Positions 57,283 to 64,000 of a DNA stretch of 64,000 nt are shown in pieces. The notes below the pieces were generated by a model that was given only the letters and a program-made list of their open reading frames with translations, did no database searches and was not told the origin of the DNA. Numbering within the stretch: the first letter of the stretch is position 1; every line of letters starts with the position of its first letter. The DNA is from Candidatus Latescibacterota bacterium (GTDB taxonomy: Bacteria; Latescibacterota; UBA2968; UBA8231): positions 256,001 to 320,000 of the forward strand of contig OZ252098.1 in NCBI GenBank assembly GCA_965248355.1, in the 5' to 3' direction. The position numbers and the translations under genes are program-made.

Positions 57283-57984
57283 ATGGCGACCTTCGAGCGG
57301 CTCTTCCGGGCTCCCTACGGCGTACCCAACGCCCTGCAGCGCACCGATGCCGGGCTGTGGATCGCCGACCAGATCTCCGATCGCCTGGCCCTCGTGGAGG
57401 TCGCCCCGCCCGGCGACTACGGCGTCACCTTCCGCCCCCGGGAGATCCCCACGGACGGCTCCAACATCAGCGGCATGGCGGCCGGGGAGGGCGGCCTGTG
57501 GATCGCCTCCAACGGCGACGGCTCCCTGTGGCGCCGGGTGCGCCCCACCGACGCGGCCTCCGGTGCCGGCGAAGTCCTGAAGGTCGACCCGGCCAGCGGC
57601 CGGACCGAGTTGCGCCGGCCGGTACCCGGCGGCGGCGGCGTCCACGGCATCGAGTACGACCACGTCGACCCCGGCCACTTGTGGATCACCACTCTGCGCG
57701 AGCAGACCCTGAGCAAGGTGCGCATCGCCGACTGGCAGGTGGTCCACGCCATCCCGCTGCCCTACCAGCGCGCCCACGGCGTGGTGCGGATCGGGCGGGG
57801 CGTCTGGGTCGTGCACACCAGCGACCGGCTGATCGTGCATCTGGACGTGGACGACGGCGGCGAGCTCGGCCGCGTGGCCGTTCCCGAGGAGGAGCCCCAG
57901 CCCCACGGCCTGTCGGCCTGGGAAGGGGAGGACCTCGCCTACTGCGACGCCACCTCGGGATGGGTCGTGCGCGTCGCCCTTTGA
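57283..57984 (+). CDS. Hypothetical beta-propeller protein (Vgb/glutaminyl-cyclase-like)
   Basis: Repeats PNAL...LWIAD, SGMA..GLWIA, HGIE..LWIT, HGVV..VWVV, PHGL. Confidence 0.65.
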   Translation: MATFERLFRAPYGVPNALQRTDAGLWIADQISDRLALVEVAPPGDYGVTFRPREIPTDGSNISGMAAGEGGLWIASNGDGSLWRRVRPTDAASGAGEVLKVDPASGRTELRRPVPGGGGVHGIEYDHVDPGHLWITTLREQTLSKVRIADWQVVHAIPLPYQRAHGVVRIGRGVWVVHTSDRLIVHLDVDDGGELGRVAVPEEEPQPHGLSAWEGEDLAYCDATSGWVVRVAL

Positions 57985-58048
57985 CGTGATGATGAGGGGC
58001 CTCAAGTCGATGTTCTTCGGCGGCGAGGGGCTGCACCTGGCGACCCTT
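57980..58048 (+). pseudogene. Fragment of an AIM24-family gene
   Basis: Translates as FDVMMRGLKSMFFGGEGLHLATL, resembling the AIM24 core motif; similarity stops abruptly. Confidence 0.55.
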
Positions 58049-58298
58049 GGGGTCGAGCCGGCGTACGTGTTCCGGTTCGTGGTCGGGGAGTTGCGGGACG
58101 GTCAGGTCAGGCCGGTCCGAACCGCCAGGTCGGGGGGGCGTGCTCTTACTCCAGTCCCGCGAAGAGCGGATACCCTGTGTAAGATGGACGAACGCAGGCC
58201 TGGAAGAAGGTCATGGGTCAGACAACGAACGGGGCAATAGTCGAAATCGCTTGGCGGAAGGACTTCGACGTGGGCGATCCGTTGAGGGCGAGGACGCC

Positions 58299-58760
58299 AT
58301 GAGCGAAATGGAAAGGATGCGCCATGAGGCGGACGGCAACTTGCCGAAGGTACGCCGGGGTCTAGCTGCGGAGTACCGGGAGGATGCGAAGTTCGTGCTC
58401 AAGATCCTGCCGGACATGGATCGCAACAAAGCGCATGTCGACAAGCGCATCGCCGCGAAGATCGGGGAGAAGCGTAGGAAGAAATGGATGAGTCGGCAGG
58501 ACTTCCTGGAGCAGGGGAGACACACATTCGGGAAGTGGCGCTACTTCGAAACGAACGTGGGCGAAGAGGCAATGCCGGCGATGGTCAACTACCCAAGGGC
58601 GTTTGCGCTGGCCAAGGCGGCGCGGGTGATCGTCGACGAGGGCGAGATCGCGGGGTTAGGGTGCGAAGTCGACGTGGAGACGGAGGGCACCGTGGAGACG
58701 GACGAGGGCGATGCCAACTACACAAGAACAGGTGGGTCTGCACGTGACCGGTTGGGAGGC
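58299..58760 (+). pseudogene. Degraded hypothetical protein, HEPN-like C-terminal motif
   Basis: Lower-GC stretch; TFGKWRYFE resembles the F..WRY..E pattern; the frame lacks its own stop and runs 155 nt into the next gene. Confidence 0.35.
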
Positions 58761-58854
58761 CTCAATCCCATGGGACTTGCTGCTGAAGACTGGATGGGGC
58801 AAACGGCCGTAGAAGGGCACGAGGCAACCGGGAGCCCGTCAAGGAGACAACATC

Positions 58855-60336
58855 ATGGCCAAGGAAGAGCCGCTGGGTTACGTATCCGAGCCACAGAAGC
58901 AGGTGCCCATCGCCTGCGACGTGGATGTGGCCGTCGTCGGCGGCGGTCTCTCCGGCATGTTCTCGGCCATCGCGGCTGGACGCCTGGGAGCGAAGACCCT
59001 GCTCCTTGACCGTTTCGCCTCCCTGGGCGGCAACCTCGGCCCGGCGATGATCGTCGGGGGCAGTGTCGCCGGCGAGGCCCCCGTCACGCTGCCCGGCGGG
59101 CTGGCCGGCATCCCCAGGGAGCTGAACGACCGGATGGAGGCGCTTCGCGTCGAAACCGGTCACCGCTACGCCGATACCACCAACATCATTTCGCACCTCG
59201 CGGCTCAGATGGCCCTCGACGCCGGCGTCGAAATCCTCGTGCCCGTGTGGGTCGGCGATCCCATCATCGCAGGCAACTGCGTCACCGGCCTCTTTGTGGA
59301 AGGCAAGTCCGGCCGTGTCGCCGTCAAGGCCAAGGTCGTCATCGACGCCTCCGCCGACGCGGACGTGTGCCGGCGCGCCGGAGTCCCTGTCATTACCGAT
59401 ATGCCTCCCGACCCGTCCTGGCCGCCCGTCATCCGCGAGGAGTTCCGGCGCCCCGAGTTCGTGCCCTGGAACGACACGGCCATCTACTTCGTGATGGCCG
59501 ACGTGGACTTCCCCCGCTTCGAGCAGTTCCTCGCCAGCGACGTCACCCTCACCGCCGGGGACGAGGCGTGGCTGGCCGAGCGCCAGCGGTTTCCGTTTGC
59601 CCGACAAGCGTTCGAAGACCCCATGATCCCGCTGCTCCGGCATTCGTGGGAAACGGGCGAGTACTACTTCCTCAAGACCGTCGAGCCGCACGTCCACATC
59701 AACACGCCGAACCTCTGGAAAGGCCCGTATGAGAACGGGCTGGTCGGCAGCCGGATCAATATGGGTGGCGCCATTCGCCGCGACGACATGAAGCAGCACG
59801 CCCGCCTCGAAACCGCCATCCGCATGCACGTCTTCGAAACCGTGCAGTTCTTCCGCAAGTACGTCCCTGGCTTCGACCGCGCCTACCTGCTCATCGTCGC
59901 CCCGTACTTCGGCTCGCGGGGCGGCCCACACATTGACGGCGAGTACACCATCACCCCGGAGGACGCCTTCAACGGCGCCAAATTCGACGACGTGCTCTAC
60001 CGCAACACGCACGCCGCTCAGCCCCACTACGGCGGCGAAGCATCCGGCTTCGATACCCCTTACCGTTCGCTGCTGCCCAAGGGCATGGACGGCCTGCTCG
60101 CCACCGGCCGCGCCTCCGCCTACATCCGCCGCGGCCACGACCCCGGCGCCACTCGCGCCCGCCCGGCGCTCATGCAACTGGGCGAGGCCGCCGGCGCCGC
60201 TGCCGCCCTGGCCGTGCAGGATGGCGTCGCCCCCCGCCACCTCGATGTCAAGAGGCTCCAGCGCCACCTCCTGCAACAAGGCTTCTGGCTCGGCGAGCCG
60301 ACTCGCCTCGTGCAGCTCGGCCTCCCCGACTCCTGA
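58855..60336 (+). CDS. FAD-dependent oxidoreductase (FAD_oxidored family)
   Basis: DVAVVGGGLSG, VIDASADAD, PYRSLLP...LLATGR, GEAAG; AAGGAG RBS. Confidence 0.88.
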   Translation: MAKEEPLGYVSEPQKQVPIACDVDVAVVGGGLSGMFSAIAAGRLGAKTLLLDRFASLGGNLGPAMIVGGSVAGEAPVTLPGGLAGIPRELNDRMEALRVETGHRYADTTNIISHLAAQMALDAGVEILVPVWVGDPIIAGNCVTGLFVEGKSGRVAVKAKVVIDASADADVCRRAGVPVITDMPPDPSWPPVIREEFRRPEFVPWNDTAIYFVMADVDFPRFEQFLASDVTLTAGDEAWLAERQRFPFARQAFEDPMIPLLRHSWETGEYYFLKTVEPHVHINTPNLWKGPYENGLVGSRINMGGAIRRDDMKQHARLETAIRMHVFETVQFFRKYVPGFDRAYLLIVAPYFGSRGGPHIDGEYTITPEDAFNGAKFDDVLYRNTHAAQPHYGGEASGFDTPYRSLLPKGMDGLLATGRASAYIRRGHDPGATRARPALMQLGEAAGAAAALAVQDGVAPRHLDVKRLQRHLLQQGFWLGEPTRLVQLGLPDS

Positions 60337-60548
60337 GCATGTGACTTCATATGTTGACCGCCCTCGTATACATGAGCTCCCACGACTCTGGCCATTCGGC
60401 CTCCCGACGCGGACCTGAAGGCTCAGACCGAAGACAGATGCCGATGGCGAGCCCTACACTGCGCCATGACCTGCCCGCTTTCGAGTGAGCCTCGGGGGTT
60501 GGCCTCAAGCTCACGGAAGTCCACCTGCCCGGCGCGGAGAGTGATCAG

Positions 60549-61868
60549 ATGGAGCGAACCGCACTGCAGCAGAGTCTGATCGAGCTGTCCGAGCGCGTCC
60601 TGGTGGGCGGCTGCTTCGGCATGTTCCGGCTGCCCGACGAGGTCGCCGCCGTCTTCCACCGGGGCGAGGGCAGCCGCATCTGGGACGTGGCCGGCAAGGA
60701 GTACGTCGACTACGTCCTCGGCTCGGGGCCGCTGATCCTCGGGCACGCCCACCCGGCCGTGGTCGCCGCGGTGCGCGAGCAGGCCGGTCTGGGTTCGACC
60801 TTCTACGGCCTCAACGAGCCCGCCCTGCGCCTGGCCCGGCGCGTCACCGAGGCCGTTCCGTGCGGCGGGCTGCTGCGCTACGGCAGCTCCGGAACGGAGG
60901 GGACCTTCACCGCCCTGCGCCTGGCCCGGGCCTTCACGGGCCGGGAGAAGGTCCTCAAGTTCGAAGGCGGATGGCACGGGGCCCACGACTACGCCATGCA
61001 GAGCGCGGCCCCCTCCGGCCCTGCGGAGTACCCGACCCCCGTCCCCGACTCCTCGGGCATTCCGGGGGCCGCCTCGAGGACCGTTCTCGTCTCTCCCTTC
61101 AACGATCCCGACGCCGCGGCTCAGCTGGTGGCGGAGCACGCGGGGGAGCTGGCCGCCGTCATCGTGGAGCCCCTGCAGCGGGCGGTCCGCCCGGAGCCCG
61201 GCTTCCTGGAGAGGTTGCGGGAGGTGACGCGGGCCCACGGCGTGCTGCTGGTCTTCGACGAGATCGTCACCGGCTTCCGCCTCGCCTGGGGCGGCGCCCA
61301 GGAGCGCTACGGCGTGGTCCCGGACCTGGCCGTGTACGGCAAGACGATCAGCGGCGGCTATCCCCTCGCCGCGGTCTGCGGCCGCGAGGAGGTCATGGCC
61401 CTGGCCGACCCCCGGCGCAGGGCGGAGAGCGACTACGTCTTCGCCAGCGGCACCATGAACGGCAATCCCGTGGGCTGCGCGGCGGGACTGGCGACCCTGG
61501 ACGAGCTGGAGAAGGAGGGGGTCTACCCCCGGCTGCACGAGACCTCCGAGCGTTTGCGCCAGGGCCTGGAGGAGTCCGGCCGGCGCCTGGGGCTTCCCCT
61601 CCAGGTCATCGGCGACGGCCCGGTGCTGCAGCCGGTCTTCACCGAGGCGCCGATCCGCAACCACACCGACGGTCTGCGGGCCGACGCCGGGGCCGCCCGC
61701 CGCTTCGGCGTGGAGATGATCCGCCGCGGCGTCCTGGTCACGCCGGGAGGCAAGCTCTACCTGTCGCTGGCCCACACCGCCGGCGACGTGGACCGCACGC
61801 TGCAGGCGGCGGAGGAATCGCTGCAGGTCGTGAAGGGCACGCTCCGGGATCCGGCCTCCGGAAGCTGA
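60549..61868 (+). CDS. Class-III PLP aminotransferase, glutamate-1-semialdehyde aminomutase-like
   Basis: YVDYVLGSGPLILGH, SSGTE, GGWHG, FDEIVTGFR, YGKTISGG, GTMNGNP. Confidence 0.9.
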   Translation: MERTALQQSLIELSERVLVGGCFGMFRLPDEVAAVFHRGEGSRIWDVAGKEYVDYVLGSGPLILGHAHPAVVAAVREQAGLGSTFYGLNEPALRLARRVTEAVPCGGLLRYGSSGTEGTFTALRLARAFTGREKVLKFEGGWHGAHDYAMQSAAPSGPAEYPTPVPDSSGIPGAASRTVLVSPFNDPDAAAQLVAEHAGELAAVIVEPLQRAVRPEPGFLERLREVTRAHGVLLVFDEIVTGFRLAWGGAQERYGVVPDLAVYGKTISGGYPLAAVCGREEVMALADPRRRAESDYVFASGTMNGNPVGCAAGLATLDELEKEGVYPRLHETSERLRQGLEESGRRLGLPLQVIGDGPVLQPVFTEAPIRNHTDGLRADAGAARRFGVEMIRRGVLVTPGGKLYLSLAHTAGDVDRTLQAAEESLQVVKGTLRDPASGS

Positions 61869-61905
61869 GGAATCGGAAGAACCCCCACGAGGAGACTTCA
61901 AGGGC

Positions 61906-62877
61906 ATGGAACCGGATCTCTTTCTCGACAAGTCGGCTGTCGTCGGAGGCGGCCTCATGGGCAGCCAGATCGCCCTGGTGCTGGCCCTCGGCAGCCGGGA
62001 GACGGTGCTGATGAGCCGGCGCCAGGAGACCCTGGACCAGGCCCTGGACAACATCCGGCGGGGCGCCGGGGACCTGCAGCGGCACGACCTGCTGAAGGGC
62101 GAGACGGCCGAGGCCGTTACCGGCCGCATCCGCGCCACCACGGAGCTGGAGGAAGCCGTCGACTCCACGGAGTTCGTCGTCGAATCGATCACCGAGAACC
62201 TCGAGGCCAAGCAGGAGGTCTTCCGGCGCATGGACGCGGCGGCCCCTCGCGACACGGTGCTGGCGAGCAACACCTCCGGCCTGCCCATCACCCAGCTCGG
62301 CGAGGGCATGGCCCATCCGGACCGCATCGGCGGCTCCCACTTCTTCCAGCCCGCCCACATCGTCCCCGTCCTGGAGGTCATCCGCGGGCAGCACACCTCG
62401 GACGCGGCCATGGACCGCTCCTGCGAGATCTGGCGGCGGCTGGACAAGATCCCCCTGCGGGTGGAGAAGGACGTCCCCGGCTTCCTGTGCAACCGCCTGC
62501 AGCACGCCGTGATCTGCGAGGCCGTGAACCTGCTCGTGTCGGGCGTGGCCGACGCCGAGTCCATCGACCTGGCCGTCGAGCTGGGCCTGGCCCCCCGGTT
62601 CACCACCGCCGGCCCTCTCAAGCAGCGCGACATCAACGGCCTCGAGATGCACGTGCGCGTCGCCGACCACTTGTGGCGGCACCTCGGGGGCTGGGAGGAA
62701 CCGCTGGCCTACCTGCGGGCCATGGTCGAGCGCGGCGAGACGGGGCTGAAGTCGGGGAATGGCTACTACGACTGGTCCGGAATGGATCCCACCGCCGTGC
62801 GCGGCGAGAAGGACGAGCACCTCCTGCGCCGCACCGAGCAGGTCATGTCCGACTACCGCGCCCGCAAGGTCCACTGA
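61906..62877 (+). CDS. 3-hydroxyacyl-CoA dehydrogenase family protein
   Basis: VVGGGLMGSQIA, ESITENLEAK, SNTSG, HFF.P, PGFLCNRL, G.KSG.GYY. Confidence 0.9.
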   Translation: MEPDLFLDKSAVVGGGLMGSQIALVLALGSRETVLMSRRQETLDQALDNIRRGAGDLQRHDLLKGETAEAVTGRIRATTELEEAVDSTEFVVESITENLEAKQEVFRRMDAAAPRDTVLASNTSGLPITQLGEGMAHPDRIGGSHFFQPAHIVPVLEVIRGQHTSDAAMDRSCEIWRRLDKIPLRVEKDVPGFLCNRLQHAVICEAVNLLVSGVADAESIDLAVELGLAPRFTTAGPLKQRDINGLEMHVRVADHLWRHLGGWEEPLAYLRAMVERGETGLKSGNGYYDWSGMDPTAVRGEKDEHLLRRTEQVMSDYRARKVH

Positions 62878-62891
62878 GTTATCAGGCGACA

Positions 62892-63387
62892 ATGAGAATA
62901 GCGGACGTAGACTTCCCGGGGCCGATTCTGGAGGCCTTGCGGGAGGACAAGCTGGTCATTTTTGCAGGTGCCGGCGTTTCGATGGGAGAAGCAGCAATGC
63001 TCCCGGGCTTCGAAAAACTGGCAATGGCGATCGCGCAGGGCACTGGTGAAACGCGAGGGGATCGGGAGCCTGTGGATCAGTTTCTGGGCAGGCTTCAGAG
63101 CAAGGGTGTGGAGGTGCATGCGCTTGCCGCGGAGAAGCTCGGAGAGAAATCGCTGCGGGGAGATCCCGAAGCCGACTGCCCTGCATCGCAATCTGCTGAG
63201 GCTCTTTGCGGAAGCAGCATCGGCGCGCATTGTCACCACCAATTTCGACTTGCTCTTCGAGCAGGCGGCGAAGGAGGTATTCGAATCGCAGCCTGAGATC
63301 TTCAGGGCGCCAGCTCTGCCCTTGGGAAGGGAGTTCAACGGGATCATCCATGTTCACGGGGATGTCCAAGTGCCCCCCGGCTATTAG
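62892..63387 (+). pseudogene. SIR2-like (SIR2_2) gene, frameshifted and truncated
   Basis: First frame gives LVIFAGAGVS..LP.F; after a +1 shift near 63140-63150 the next frame gives P..LH..LL, IVTTNFDLLFE, HVHG, then a stop. Confidence 0.8.
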
Positions 63388-63399
63388 GAGGACAGGAGT

Positions 63400-64000
63400 A
63401 TGGATAAACTGAAGAGTATCCAAATCAAGGGGTTTCGGTCCATCAAGGAGATGACGCTGGAACTACGGCCGCTCAATATTCTGATCGGTGCCAATGGGGC
63501 AGGCAAGAGTAACCTCATTGCCTTCTTCAAACTGGTGAATGAAATGATGGGTGGACGCCTTCAGCAACATATCGGGGCGACCGGTAGGGCCACGGGCAAT
63601 CTGTACTTCGGCCCTAGGGTAACCCCTCAAATGGAAGCGGAGATTGCCTTCGAGGCGCCGAACGGAACCAATGCCTATCAAATGAGACTGTTTTACGCCG
63701 CGGGTGACTCGCTGATGTTCGCTGACGAGACGCTGTCCTTTCACAGGACAAACTATCCGCATCCACAAGTCGTGCAACTCGGGGCTGGTCATCAAGAAAC
63801 CCGGATTGGGGACAAGGCCGGAGAGGATGACCCCGTGGCGAAAATACTCAGGTTTCTATTGAATGATTGTCGAGTCTATCACTTTCACGATACATCTCCA
63901 ACTTCGAGAGTACGGCAGTCCTGCTACACTGGCGATGACCGCTGGCTCATGCCCGATGCCGCAAACTTGGCAGCGGTACTGCATAAGCTGAAGTCTCGGA
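63400..64000 (+). CDS. ABC/AAA_21-type ATPase (COG4637-like), 3'-partial
   Basis: Absent from the track because it runs off the window. AGGAG + ATG 63400: MDKLKSIQIKGFRSIK...NILIGANGAGKSNL...VYHFHDTS...NLAAVL. Confidence 0.88.
   Translation, partial: MDKLKSIQIKGFRSIKEMTLELRPLNILIGANGAGKSNLIAFFKLVNEMMGGRLQQHIGATGRATGNLYFGPRVTPQMEAEIAFEAPNGTNAYQMRLFYAAGDSLMFADETLSFHRTNYPHPQVVQLGAGHQETRIGDKAGEDDPVAKILRFLLNDCRVYHFHDTSPTSRVRQSCYTGDDRWLMPDAANLAAVLHKLKSR

Noticed and set aside
60485-60514. GTGAGC...GCTCAC hairpin before the aminotransferase as a riboswitch or terminator
   Set aside because: Only a short stem, no U-tract and no recognisable aptamer consensus; an Rfam search would be needed.
60549-61868. 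Calling the aminotransferase hemL
   Set aside because: N-terminal HemL-specific motifs are missing and no hem genes are adjacent, so it is treated as a paralogue.
63138-63150. Programmed frameshift in the SIR2 gene
   Set aside because: No canonical slippery heptamer, and the shifted frame stops before the domain is complete, so decay is the simpler explanation.

Overview
A 64-kb window of very GC-rich chromosome from a diderm bacterium. It has lipoproteins, TolC, TPR and FG-GAP proteins; an FCB-group-like lineage such as Latescibacterota or Gemmatimonadota is a guess only. Genes are densely packed and mostly translationally coupled. Family calls come from motifs I recognised, not from database searches. 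Many true starts lie downstream of the ORF-track starts and were reassigned from ATGA/GTGA/TGATG overlaps or RBS. Housekeeping content: recD2, glgB, rlmN, PBP1A, an M23 peptidase, metG, larC, tRNA-Gly(GCC), a divergent UvrA paralogue, a split Dpp ABC system and an NMT1/Tau-type ABC system. Two loci are candidate undescribed systems. (1) 40.9-50.8 kb joins polar-head-group synthesis (two LicC-like nucleotidyltransferases, a CDP-alcohol phosphotransferase, an LPG-synthase-type flippase) to an apparent envelope-spanning lipid exporter (MMPL, MlaC, MlaC-DUF3047, TolC) with no membrane-fusion protein. (2) 0-3.5 kb has an OPT-like transporter carrying an apparently circularly permuted Fn3-like insert, an internally duplicated unknown protein, and a stand-alone PqqD/RRE protein with no RiPP enzyme in view. 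The right end has lower-GC scars: an AIM24 fragment, a HEPN-like remnant, a frameshifted SIR2 gene and a partial ABC-type ATPase, probably the edge of a defence island. No CRISPR array, rRNA or intact transposase/integrase was seen.
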